Source: Macrostomum hystrix
Taxonomy: Eukaryota > Animalia > Platyhelminthes
Reading direction: 5' to 3'
DNA: 64,000 nucleotides
Assembly: GCA_950097015.1 (NCBI GenBank)
Contig: CATNEN010000038.1
Location: forward strand, 3,348,001-3,412,000
The notes below the pieces were generated by a model that saw nothing but the letters and a program-made list of their open reading frames with translations, was not told the origin of the DNA and did not search any database. Shown here one piece after another: positions 40,336 through 53,600 of the stretch (within the stretch, counting starts at the first letter, position 1; every line of letters starts with the position of its first letter). The position numbers and the translations under genes are program-made.

Positions 40336-42713
40336 TTAGGAAGTGCCAATAGTTGTCTTAATAGCGCGAACAAACTGACATGGCACCCAGTACAGCCAGT
40401 ACATGGACTGCTCTGTAGTGCCCAACTGCAGGCCGACAATGTGATAAGCTTCCTGTCCGTCAATGGGTTCGCTAACTATCCGCTTGATAGATGACATGGG
40501 GATCTTATTAGTGCGCTCCTTGGTGCCGATCCACAACTCGTCTATCTCCATCTTGAAGGTTAAGCGCACCTGAGGCAGAGCAAATGTCCGAATTTTAGGC
40601 CCTTTTAAACCAGAGGCTTGTTAACCTTGAGAGTATAGCGAATATGAACCTGAAACTTTACTAAACCCGAAACTAAATAAACCCAACACTTTACTAAACC
40701 CGAAACTAAATAAACCCAACACTTTACTAAACCCGAAACTAAATAAACCCAACACTTTACTAAACCCGAAACTAAATAAACCCAACACTTTACTAAACCC
40801 GAAACTAAATAAACCCAACAGTTTACTAAACCCGAAACTAAATAAACCCAACACTTTACTAAACCTGAAAATAAATAAACCCAACAGTTTACTAAACCCG
40901 AAACTAAATAAACCCAACACTTTACTAAACCAGAAACCAAATAAACCCAAAAGTTTACTAAAACAGAAACTAAGTAAACCCAACACTTTACTAAACCCGA
41001 AACCAAATAAACCCAACAGTTTACTAAACCAGTTTATGTAAACCTAAAAATTCCGAAAATATTTGAAACCGAAAGTTCACTACTTGTTCGGTTTTAAACA
41101 AGAACCAAAATCGGTTTCAAACTAACCTTGGCACCCTGCCTATTGTACATGCCGCTCAGCGGAGCAGGCGGCAACGGTAGGTTCGCATTGAGAACTCCTG
41201 GAAGGAGGTCGTCTGGCCGGCCGTACTTGTCCAGCACTCGCCTGTGAAAATCTTTCTGCGATAGGCGGGTTGCGCCTGCGTCGGCAGCAGCGGAAGATGC
41301 GCCTTTGGACCTGCGAGCAGGACGTTGTGGAAACTTTAGCAAATTTCTGCGAACACCTAATTAACCTGAAGCTCACAAACTACAAGCCGACCTGCAATCT
41401 ACAAACCTGTTGTAAAATCTGCGACCAGGCTTACTCGTAGAAATCTGCAATCAAACGCTACAATCTGCTACCCGATGCTTCAATCTGCAATCTGACCTTA
41501 CAATCTGCAACCAGAACCTACAATCTGCAACCCGATCCTTCAATCTGCAACTCGATCCTTTAATCTGCAACCCGATCCTTCAATCTGCAACCCGATGCTT
41601 CAATCTGCAACCCGATCCTTCAATATGCAACATGACTCTACAATGTCCAACCCACCCTTAAAATCTGCAACTAAACGTTAAAGTCTGCAATCCGACGCTA
41701 CAATCTGCAACCAAACGTTAAAATATGCTACCCGAACATACAATCTGCAACCAGACCCTACAATCTGCAACCAGACCTAAAATCTGCAACCAGACCCTAC
41801 AATCTGCAACCAGACCTAAAATCTGCAACCAGATCCTACAATCTGCAACCAGACCCTACAATCTGCAACCAGACCCTACAATCTGCAACCAGACCCTACA
41901 ATCTGCAACCAGACCCTACAATCTGCAACTAGAGATTGAAATCTGCAACCCGACCCTACAATCTGCAACCAGACCCTACAATCTGCAACTAGAGATTGAA
42001 ATCTGCAACCCGACCCTACAATCTGCAACCAGACCCTACAATCTGCAACCCGACCCTACAATCTGCAACCAGACCCTACAATCTGCAACCCGACCCTACA
42101 ATCTGCTCAGCCGTACGCACTTCAGGCTGGCCCAATTGTGGCATGCATTAATAAGCATTTTTTCATTTTTACTACGAGCCCTACAATAATATTCACATAA
42201 ATACTACTCATCCAGCGACTTATTAAGTAGACAAAATGGAATATTTAATTCTCACCTGGAGGCATCGGCTTCGCCAACTGCGTCAAGACGCCGCACCGAT
42301 GCAAGACTATCCGGCGTGCTGCCAACCAGCATCAACTTGGCGCCGTCGCCGACGCCCAATTCGCTAAGCCGGCAATCGTCTTGGCAGAGGCCGCGAAACA
42401 TCAGTTTCTGCATGTCTACAGGCACGCCGGTCACCTCCTGAAGTTGGCGCTTCAAAGCGATCACCTTCTCCGAGGCGGGAAATGTTAAATCAATCTTGCG
42501 CTTATTGTAGATCACTTTCAATGAAACTTGAGTGACATCGCCGACAGTGTTGACCTCATCCGGGCCATCAACTGACACCTCTTCGTCGGCTGCATCAGGA
42601 GCAATGGTCGGGCCTTCAATAGCTGGGCCTATTTCTTCTGATTCCAAGCAGACTGGTGGCTCCAGTTGTAGCGGCTGCTGAATCTCAGCCGCTGTTGAAT
42701 TCTCTTCAGTCAT
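40336..42713 (-). CDS. UBFD1: Ubiquitin domain-containing protein UBFD1
   Basis: Exons 42713-42256, 41310-41127, 40569-40336: UBL domain (LKVIYNKRK...TGVPVDMQKLMFRGL...KLMLVGS), then HRRVLDKYGRPDD...PLSGMYNRQGAKVRLTFKME...LWIGTKERT...YWLYWVPCQFVRAIK, the UBFD1 C-terminal domain. Confidence 0.95.
40655..41032. repeat. 39-bp minisatellite in UBFD1 intron 2
   Basis: (ACTTTACTAAACCCGAAACTAAATAAACCCAAC..)n tandem copies. Confidence 0.93.
41440..42106. repeat. 20-bp minisatellite (CAATCTGCAACCAGACCCTA)n in UBFD1 intron 1
   Basis: Tandem copies, more degenerate to the left. Confidence 0.93.
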
Positions 42714-43530
42714 TTTGCAGAGCTGGAGTTAAATTTGCTTTTAATATTAAGGCAAATAAGCTATATTGATAATACAGCAAATCATTTACATGGACTGAGG
42801 AGGGGGCATGAAGCAGATTCCCGCATAGAAACTGAAATACTTGCAGTCTTTGAATAAACCACGGGAACAACCATACCTACTTATAGTACTGTAGGTAAAA
42901 AACTTAAATGCATAAGAATATTAAGAATACATAAATACGATTTTCGGCCAACTTTAGATGAGCAAGAAATTCCAGTTCCTAAGATTACAATTAAGGTCAT
43001 TTCAAGCCATAATAAGTAAGCAAGTATGTGAGTTAAGTTAGTTCTCATAACTAAGATGGAATTGTCATCGATATGATAAGGCTAGCTTTAGGGTAGTCAA
43101 GGTCCCTAAATTGGAAAATTTATTATTAGTTGTTTCTATGAAACCAATTAGTATTTTTAGCTTTAAAATAGAGATCATTCGTACTTTGCTCAATTAAAAG
43201 CAACAACAAATTTTTTTCTCTTAAAAAATTTAGGTCATAAAGTTTGGCTTTTCAACTTTATTGTGATTTTTATTACATAGGTAAAATATTAGATAGGATA
43301 TATAATATTATTATAAAATTCGGTACTTATGATATTACTTAATATATACTTAACATACAAAAGCAGTATAGCCCCAGCCAAGCAAACTGCGCTCCTGCAA
43401 TGGTTGTTTTGATCTAAACAATAGAGACCCTAGACTATGTATAGCTCTCTGCTTTCAGAGCTGGTATTTTGCCACAGGAAACTATTGGTACAGTTAATCT
43501 ATACCTAAGAAAGAGCAATTTAGGCCAGAT

Positions 43531-43810
43531 CATACATGCGCAACACCCGGCCGACCCGGCCGAATCGGCCGGGTGAAACGAAGGCCAAGCAAGGTAAGTC
43601 GCAAAAACCAATAGACCAAGTGCAAAAAATCAAAGGGGGGACCAAGGGACAAATAAGGAAGGCGTGAAGAAAAGGAAATAGGGGAGAGAAAAAGAGAGCA
43701 TATGAGAGCAAACTAAGTCGTAAATAGAGCAATGAAACGAACTAAGTCGCAAATGAGAGCAAAAACTAAGTCGCACGGCCGGCTAAGATTTGGGAGGTTG
43801 CGCATGTATG
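43531..43810. mobile_element. hAT-type MITE, copy 1 (280 bp)
   Basis: Perfect 14-bp TIR CATACATGCGCAAC / GTTGCGCATGTATG; exact 8-bp TSD GGCCAGAT at 43523-43530 and 43811-43818. Confidence 0.9.
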
Positions 43811-44434
43811 GGCCAGATAATATAATTCTAGCTACGGAAATTCTTTTTGACAGCATAGCATACAATAAGATGTAACAACTTAGAATTTTGATTGTTAAGG
43901 TTGCTTTTTGGCACTTAACAAATTGGGGGCTGCTTCTAGGGTACAAAACTTGTCTATGGCAAATGTTCAGTGTGTGGGGAGATAAAAGCAAAATGGTTGA
44001 CATGCTTAGGAGTGTCTATGGCCAAAAGGGATAAGCTGTTTAGTCGGAGGAGAAGCATTAGCAGATCTTTTGTATTCTGCTAACATGCTCTACTAATTTT
44101 CTGCCATTAACTGTAACACACTCAAAGTCTATGAACACCCTGCCTAACACTAGGTAAGCCTAGCAATACCGTCATTTATTGTCAATCTAAACTCCCTCAT
44201 TATGATTACCCTTGCTAAATTTTGACATGCAATCTTACAGAATTTTGACACAACATTTGATGCTAATCATATCATTGCTTCCAATTGTTTCATTGTTTCC
44301 CAATGTTTTTGCATTGATTTAAATTAAAACTTAAAAAAAACTATAACAAATGATCTAAAAAGAATGCCCACAATAGCTAGCTATAGGGCAGTGCGAGGTA
44401 TAGGCGTACTTGTATTTGCACAGTTAATACACAG

Positions 44435-44703
44435 CATACATGCATAGGCCCTAACACCCGGCCGACCTGGCCAAACCAGCCAGATGAAACGAGGGCCAAC
44501 AAGTTAAGTCACAAAAACCAATTGACCAAGCGCAAAAAAATCAAAGGGGGGACCAAGGGACAGAAAAGGAAAAAGGGGAGAGAAAAAGAGAGCAAATGAG
44601 AGCAAACTAAGTTGTACATAGAGCAATGAAACAAACTAAGTCGTAAATAGAGCAAAAACTAAGTCACATAGCTGGCTAAGATTTGGGAGGTTGTGCATGA
44701 ATG
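44435..44703. mobile_element. hAT-type MITE, copy 2
   Basis: Body homologous to copy 1; ends CATACATGCA / TGCATGAATG; exact 8-bp TSD ATACACAG at 44427-44434 and 44704-44711. Confidence 0.88.
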
Positions 44704-44726
44704 ATACACAGAAATTGAGTTGCCTA

Positions 44727-45460
44727 GGCCTATATAGTTGTGGCAGAGCTTATTCCCACGTCCCATGCTGATAATTTCAATTTTATCTACACGGATCTGT
44801 GCCAATAATTTTCTGCTTATCAACACGGCAGCTTGTATAAATAGGTCTACAACTCTTTGTATATGCTGTGCCGTTAATTTTAATTTTATCCACACTTAGC
44901 ATGCCGATAGTTTTCTGCTTATCCACACAGCAGCTTGTATGAATAGGTCTAAAACTCTTTATTATATAAATATGACGTGCCTTTAATTTCAATTTTATCT
45001 ATACGGTTCTGTTCTTTGAAATGAGGCCCTTTTGGGTTTGAATGTTTTGTTGAACCCTTGAGCCAATAGATCAAAAAAGTTGCCAGTGTTACAAGTGTTC
45101 TACATTTCAACCTACACATTCATTAACTGACATTAATGTCATCCTTTTTAATTATTGTAATAACAAATTACTAAATCTTTTGTCATCATTAGGCCCCCTA
45201 CCTGTTTTCATTCAAATTGTATTGACTTTCAAAGTAAGAAGTCTATCAAAGAAAACCATATGCATTGATAGTGTACACTATAAACTATACTCAGAAGCAA
45301 AAGCCTTATGCTCAGAGAAGAAGGTAGGGACTTAAAAGTAGACCTATTCATACAAGCTGCCATGTGGATAAGCAGAAAATTATCAGCACAGATGTGTGGA
45401 TAAAATTGAAATTATCCGCACGGGACCGTGGGAATAAGCACTTCCAATTTAGAAAGGCCT
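44727..45460. mobile_element. Fold-back/MITE-like element with ~120-bp imperfect terminal inverted repeats
   Basis: 44745-44850 (GCTTATTCCCACG...ATAGGTCTAC) is the reverse complement of 45339-45440; a direct sub-copy lies at ~44875-45010; no clear TSD. Confidence 0.65.
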
Positions 45461-47645
45461 GAACATAATTTAGTTACACATTGCTTCAGAAACAGCTTCT
45501 TGTAAATTACATTCTGAATAACTCTGAATAAACTGCACACTACACTTGCCAAGTTGGAAAGCTATTGCATTAGGCCCATGAAGCTGTTTCTTAAACTACT
45601 ATAGGCCTATGCAAATAAAATATTGTAAATGTTACTTTTTAGACCCACTTGTAGGCCTATTATTATTACTGTTTATATAGCTGCTAAAATGTGTATGTAT
45701 GCAGGCAATAAAATATTATTGAATATTACATTTTCTTTCGATATAATCTATCTCTACAGGCAGGATGCAGCTAGTTACATATATCATTTATCTAGGCCCT
45801 ATTTATATACAAGTACATGTGTAAGCAAAGCATGTTTTGTTTGTGTACATTGTACACGTGCCTGTAGATCTAGATGTGTAACAACGACTATATGACGTAG
45901 TCCAGGGACCGGGTACGATCAATTCAGGTCCTTACCTTACAATTCAAATGATCTCTATTGATTTTTAACAAATAATAATTACAATCTGACATTTTCTAGT
46001 AATTACGCAATGATTTCTCTTGAAATGATATCTAGTTATTTTTATTTACGCTTTTTGTGACTTACATTTTAAAAACTTTTCTAGCGACATAACGATTAGT
46101 TGTTTCTTTAATTTCGTTAAAATGGCACCTATAGCAATTTCGCCGCGCCGCCCGTTTTATACCAGGGGAGTAAAAATTCCCTCCTTGGTAGTTCTACTGT
46201 TAAATCGCCATAAACTGCAGATTCAGATGAAATAGAAAATTCTTATTCGAAGTCTAGCTTTTAAGACGCCTCGCGTGTCCCAGAATATGCTTATAACTCG
46301 TGTGTTTTTATCTTCTGAAGTGTGTTTTACTTTTTTGTACTTTTGCTCACACTGATCTGTATGTATGTCCAATGCATTATCTCTGTTTTATTACTGTCTT
46401 AGGTCATTGTAATGAACGAGAGGCCGTTTTAAATATGCTAAGTCCTTTTACGTGTACCATACTTTAGAGACCTTTGACTCATACGCTTATTTACAAGTGC
46501 AAAACAACTTTAAATATGGTATTAAATAAAATGCACATTCCTTATACAATATACACAATGGAGGCATGAGGCAACGGAAGCATTTTCTCCTTTTAGCCAA
46601 TCAAACTGCAGTGTTGCTACTGTTATCTAGACTAAAATCTACAAGCTTGTCAGATTTAGTTCTGTACACTGTTTTTTCAACCTCTGAAATCCTTATCAAT
46701 CATCATAATTACCTATGCAACTTCGGCGGTGGCTTGTGCTGAACTACTGGAAGAAGCGACGCCAGCACCACCATCCGCTAAAAGGCGGAGGCCAGAAGCA
46801 GCCGATTACAGCCCTTGCTGAAGAGCCAGCCCGCCTATGATAGCCACAGCAATAGGCCTGACATCCCATAACATTCACACAATTCGGTCGTACTGGACGT
46901 GCATTTATAAGTATTTATACGTGCAAAACCTGCAAAATCAAAATAACTCGAAGCAAGAACTAAGCAATTCATGTTTGTGTAGGCTAACAACGGGGAAGCA
47001 ATTATTGTTTAAGGATCTTGTATTTAATTAGCTGTACTTTAACTAACGAATTTATCGCAACAGACCGGCTAGCACACAATATCTAAAAGGAGGGCGCGAG
47101 TACATGTGAGAGAAAATGTGAATCATCAAACAGCTATTTGAACAAAGGCTGTGTGAGGAATCGTTCATTGAAAATACAGTACGCACTGCAAACCAAAATC
47201 GGAATTTTGCATGCCTTTGTAACAGGAAATTTGTCGTGCATTTTTAATGAGTTCAGATTTTTATCTATATGCTAAACTTTTCATTTTGGTTATGCAGTTC
47301 GTGTACATTAGCAAAATGAGGATGAGCCAGATACCTGTAGGACATGCCACAATGAAATATACTCAAGGGGTGCGTACAATGTCACACAAGTGTAGTTCAT
47401 ACGTATGTTCTGGTTTAGTATAATTTAATAAAGTAAAAGAGGTATACATTTGCGAAAGCAGCTAGATCGTGTAGATTTTGTTATTGGCAGAAAGCTGAAT
47501 TATTTAATAAAAAATAAATTAAGGGCATACATAATTAGGTAATAAAAAACTGAGAGAAATTTGAACACGCGTATAGTTCAAAGTACTTCAGTTGGAAGGT
47601 GTTGATCATTGTTATAATAGTTCGTTGCCTATTAATTAGCAGGCC

Positions 47646-50600
47646 TCAGGCGATGTGGCTGCCAGGCTTACCGGCGGACCGCTCAGTTGCCGGCCCCTCC
47701 ACTGGGTCGTAGAAACGAGCTCGGCCTATAGAAAATTGATTCAAGGATTTAAAAGAGTTTTATTCTCTGAAGCTAACTTTCTGCTCTTTTTTTAATTGAG
47801 TCCCATAGCCCAAAAGTCTTAGACGGGGTCGATATGCTAAATATGACATATTCTACCCATTTTTATATCTACCCCTTCCCCAAGGAAGGGCAGGAATCTA
47901 CCATCACTTCCCTAGGAGTCTACCATGCACTTACCCAGGAATCTACCATGCACTTCCCTAGGAATCTACCATGCACTTCCCCAGGAATCTACCATCACTT
48001 CCCTAGGAGTCTACCATGCACTTCCCCAGGAATCTACCATGCACTTCCCTAGGAATCTACCATGCACTTCCCCAGGAATCTACCATCACTTCCCTAGGAG
48101 TCTACCATGCACTTCCCCAGGAATCTACCATGCACTTCCTCAGGAATCTACCATGCACTTCCCCAGGAATCTACCATGTACTTCTACAGGAATCTACCAT
48201 GTACTTCCACAGGAATCTACCATGCACTTCCTCAGGAATCTACCATGCACTTCCCTAGGAATCTACCATGCACTTCCCCAGGAATCTACCATGCACTTCC
48301 CCAGGAATCTACCATGCACTTCCACAAGAATCCATGCACTTCCCCAGGTAAATCTACCACTTTCCCAGATATCTATCTCTTAATTGTACAAGCTTCTATC
48401 ATTCACATTACCTACCGCATTTCTATAGTGCCTCAGTTTAAATATTTTGAAAAAATTGACTAGCTAGACTGTGCTAGATGAATGTCTTAAGTTAAGCGCA
48501 CCCTATACCTCAGCTGTACAATGGGTTTCAGCAACAGCTGGATCAGAAATTCGTGTTGGTTTTTGTCAGCCCCCCCAGTCCATGGACTATACTGCGCTCT
48601 GCTTTTGGAAGTGCCGCACAATAGCTGTGGCTGTACCGTTGGCATTGTTTGGGTGCCATTGTTCTAGCATAGATTTTCTTAAATCCACTCTAGGCCTTGC
48701 CCTGAAATTCCTCTAATCTCAGGAAATAATCGAGTGCAATTATCGAAGTAAGAGACGGGTTTGTTGCTTTAGTGCTAGGCATTATTGAGTTTGTTTGTCC
48801 ACTTTGAAGTGTCACTCAGCACCCAGCCAGTTCACCCCAACGCAGACCCCCAACCTGCTCCGTACGGCTCCTCAATCCTGTAGGTCGTCTTCACTTTCAG
48901 GTCATCCCTCAGTCGCCTGGTTTGCACGGTGTACACCTTAAGATTGATTAGAGAATGGATTATTTGCTTATTTCTTGCATACTCTATTTCGAGTAATGTA
49001 CAAACATATTGACACTGAGAAGTCTGTCTTACGATGATAAAGATTATGAGCACAAGCAAGAAGACTCCGCCAATCACTGCAACCAGAATGATCAGGATCG
49101 TGTAGTCCTGAGAGGGTGCCACCGCAGGAGTTGCAGTTGTCGCCGAGACACTACGGGAAGATCCAGCTGTCGTAGTGTCCGCCAGAGGCGCTGTCGTGGA
49201 GTCTGTTACCGGAGCTGCTGTAACAGCTAAAGTTCATGAAAGAAAAAATACTGAATAAATTTAAGTTATTTCGACAAGGTACGCACTGACTCGATTAGTC
49301 AAAACAAAATTTACCTGAGGACCCCACGCTATCCACAATGATTCCGCCAAGGTCAGTTGCTTTTAGGCTTCTGCTAAGCAGATCAACCACTGTGGTTGGT
49401 GTATTTGTGGGTGTGTTTCGTACAACCATACTTCCAGTGACGACGACACTTCCAGCCGTAAACTGGAAGTTAACTACGTTTTGCAGTTCGCCGTATAGCG
49501 ATGTAGATCTTGAGGCCTTCATAATGCTCTCAAAGGCGTAATTCGCCAACTGCTTGTAGCGCCAGCTATTTGGATCCGAGTAGTCTGCGAACCATTGCAG
49601 ATTCGAAAAGCGGAAAGAAAATGGCACCGCAGTCACGCTTTTGAAAACTGGCTGATAATTTACTGGACAAATGCATGATGTAGTTGTTGGGATCACTGTC
49701 GTTGTGGTGGTCGGTGTTGTTGTTGTAGTTGACGTCGTGGTTGTTGTCGTGCTTGTGGTTGGTGTTGTAGTAGTAGTCGTTGGGGTTGTCGTGGTAGTCG
49801 TTGGGGTTGTTGTGGTAGTTGTTGGGGTTGTCGTAGTAGTCGTTGGGGTTGTCGTAGTTGTTGTTGGAGTCATCGTAGTCGTGGTAGTCGTTGGTGTTGT
49901 TGTAGTTGACGTTGTGGTTGTCGTACTTGATGTAGTTGGAGTTGTTGTGGTCGATGTTGTTGTGGAAGTTATGGACGTCGTTGGAGTAGTCATGGTTGTA
50001 ATTGGGGTTGTTGTCGTACTTGTAGTTGAGGATGTTGTTGGAGTACTCGTCGTCCTTGTTGTTGTTGGTGTGGTGCTTGTCGACGTAGAAGTTGTTGGTG
50101 TGGTGCTTGTCGACGTAGAAGTTGTAGGTGTGGTTGTTGTCGTTGAAGTTGTTGTCGATGTTAAAGTCGTAGGCGTAGTCGGTGTAGTTACAGCAGTAGT
50201 TGTTGTGGCCGTTGTCGATGTTGTAGTCGGTGTGGTTGTTGTCGTGGGTGTCGTGGTAGTTGGTGTCGTCGTAGTTGATGTGCTAGTGGTAGGAGTAGTT
50301 GTACTTGTTGTTGTGGGTGTTGTAGGCGTTGTGGTAGTCGTGGAGGTAGTTGTTGACGTCGTTGGTGAGGTAGTTTTAGTTGTTGTAGGTGTCGTAGTGG
50401 TGGTTGTGGTCGTTGTTGTCAGACAGACAGCCGGAAGTGGTGTGGCACACGCAAATATTTCTAGATAAAACTGATAGCTAGGCGACACTGGCGCCTGCAT
50501 AGTTTGCGGAAAGACAATGACGTTAGACATGTTGAATCCAACGGCGAAACAGAACTGGCCCTTAGTAGTTATGCTGGTCCTGGTTGACGACAGAAGATTT

Positions 50601-53600
50601 ACATAGTAGTCTGACACTGATGCCTTGTATCGAATAACAACATCTTGTACATTTCCGGTCAGACAAATCTAAAATATTTTAGGCCAAATATGCAAGGAAC
50701 GGAAAAATAAAAGAATTATCTATTTTAACAATAAAATAAGTCAAATATTCATTGCATGGTATAATAAATTGAAAGTTGGTTTCAAGCATACCTGATGTAC
50801 GTAAATCGAGTTACGACAGCCGTGAACTGTCAGATCCGCCACAATGCCGTCCGTTGTACCTACTGGAAAACTGTACCCAGAAATCGGACTGAAACTGCCA
50901 CCAACGATCGCAAACTGTGGCATGTAGATCTCGCTCGATAGAATATTTATGTATGGACAAACTAAAATAATAAATGTGGCACACAGTTAGCGCAAAAACA
51001 TCTTGACGAAAAAAAAAGTTTTTTTTCGTACCTGTAGTCGTCACGGTAGTTGTTGTCGGAGTTGTAGTTGTGCTCGTTGTTGTTGGTGTCGTTGTAGTTG
51101 TTGTCGCAGTTGTTGTTGATGTGGTTGTTGCAGTAGTTGTTGAAGTAGTCGTAGGTGTCGTGGTTGTTGTGGTGGAGGTTGTTGTTGTCAGGCAGCTTGC
51201 TGGCACTGTTTGAAAGCACCCATTTATAATAAGATACATCTGAAAGCTAGTGCTTGTTGATGATGCAGTTTTAAGCGTGCGCGGAACAATGATAAACTGC
51301 GCAACTGGGAACCCGAGACTGAAGCACAGATCTGCGGCTGTATCAGATGTTACTGTGCTGGCGAGATTCTGGAAGGGCGCTGTGTACAACTGCTTGTATC
51401 GAATCGAGGCCTCTCTGACGTTTCCAGACAGACATAGCTAAAAGTTCATCGTTTAAAAAAGGAACATATTTATGTTATAAAAATGGTGTTACGCTCCAGT
51501 GAATTTTAATGACGCCAAAGAAGCTCAGCTCACCTTATCAACATAAGTAGCAGAGACACAGTTTCGTATGGTGAGATCTACGGTAAGATATCCTTCGCTT
51601 CCAGTGCGAATATTGTAACCAGTGGCATCGCTAAAGCTATCTGCTCCCATAATGGAAGTCATCGGAAGTAATGCAGGGCTCGAGAGGGCATTGACGAACG
51701 GGCAAACTAAAAAGAAGTGTTTTTGGCCATCCATTAATTGTTTATCAGCTTTTATTTCATAAAAATCGAATACATAAATCAAAGGGTATCATCAAAAGAC
51801 TAAACTAACACGTGGTTCCGACAGTTGTGGTGCTTGTAGGAGTGGTTGCCGTGGTTGTCGTGCTGGTGCTCGCACTGGTGCTGGTTGTACTCGTGGTTGT
51901 TGTTGAGCTAGTTGTTGTAGTGCTTGTGGTGGTGCAACCAGGAATTGGCATGAAACAGCCATAAACTGACAGAAAAAACTGATAAGCTGTAGATCCTGAC
52001 GAAGAAGTCTTCAATTCTCTTGGAGCTATAATGATGGAGCTGACATTTAAGTTCAGGTCATAGCAGAGCAAGCCTGGGCCGTCCTGTGTGAGCGTCAGTG
52101 ACTGAGTCAGTTGTTGATAAGACTGCGTTGGTGACGTCTGATAAATAAGGTCCGCTCGCCTAACATTTCCTCCAACCAGGCAGACCTAGAATTCGATGCG
52201 AATAAAAAGTTTTTTAGGTTTGTGTTTTAAAATAAAAGGCTTGCAAAGTTGACATAGTTGAAGCTCAGAATTGTACCTGTGTGACATGCTCCGGGCGGCG
52301 ACAGTTGTTTGATGTCACGTCAATATAAAGTCCCTGGCCAGGAAGCATGGAGACAGTGTAGCCCGAAAAAGGAGAAAAGGTTGCACCGCTGATGGCCCAA
52401 GAAGGCAGCAGGGATGTGTCAGCGATTGCATCGACAGAAGGGCAGACTAAAGTTTTAATAAGCGAAAATAAAGTTTTTTTGAGAAACCAAAGCCTAATAT
52501 TATAAAACAGCATATATTCGTATGCTTACATGTTGGCTTAGGTGTAGTGGTCGTTGTCGCAGTGGTTGTTGAAGTTGTTGGTGTGGTTCTAGTTGTCGAC
52601 GTTGGTGTTGTCGATGTTGTCGTTGATGTGGTTGAAGGAGTCGTAGTTGAAGATGTCGTTGTACTTGTGGTCGTAGGGGTTGTTGAGGTTGTGGTTGTTG
52701 GAGTTGTGGTTGTGGTCGAAGTCGAAGTTAAAGTGGTAGTCGGAGTTGTTGTCGTTGTGGTTGTTGGAGTTGTTGATGTCGATGTAGAAGTCGTGGTACT
52801 TGACGTCGACGTTGTTGGTGTTGTGGTTGTTGTAGTTGTCGGTGTAGTCGTGCTAGTGGTTGTTGATGTAGTTGTCGATGTGGTTGTTGGCGTTGTAGTT
52901 GTGGTGGTCGTCGGAGTTGTCAGGCAAGCGCCCGTGAGTGGCGTAAAGCAGGCATCGATTCGAACAAAAAAATTAAATGCCGTGTCTGTCGAATAAGACG
53001 ATTTTAATCGCAGCGGAACAATTGCGAGCTGTGCAACGGTATCTTTGTTTAAAATAGTGTAGCACCAAGGGTTGTTCGTGTCTATTGAAATGCTGGCTGC
53101 GGAAAAATCTGGTGTGTACTTTTCGCCCTTAATTCTAGCGTACAGCAAATTCGCTTCCCGGACATTTCCTATAAGGCAAACCTAAAATATGAATTTGCTT
53201 AGTTGCTAAGAAGCACGAAGGAATTTTGAATGCTTTTTTATTAAAAGTTTCTTTACTGAAACCAAAACTTGCATTTTAAACACAAAAGGCTTACTAACCC
53301 GATCAACAACGATTGGCGGTCTGCACGAATTGACGGTGAGGTCAATTACCAAGCTCCCATTCCTCAGAGGCAACCTGTAGCCATAGAACGGGTCGTATTC
53401 TCCACCAGATACGGCAAAGGATGGAATCAGATTTGACTGGTAGAAGCCGTCGATCAGGCATGTGGTTGTGGTCTCCAAAGTGGTGGTTGGTGTAGTCCTG
53501 GTCGTGGTTGATGTAGTTGTACTCGGAGTTGTGGTCGTAGTTGTTGTCGGTGTTGTTGTCGTGGTAGTAGTTGTTGGTGTCGTTGTTGTTGATGTGGTCG

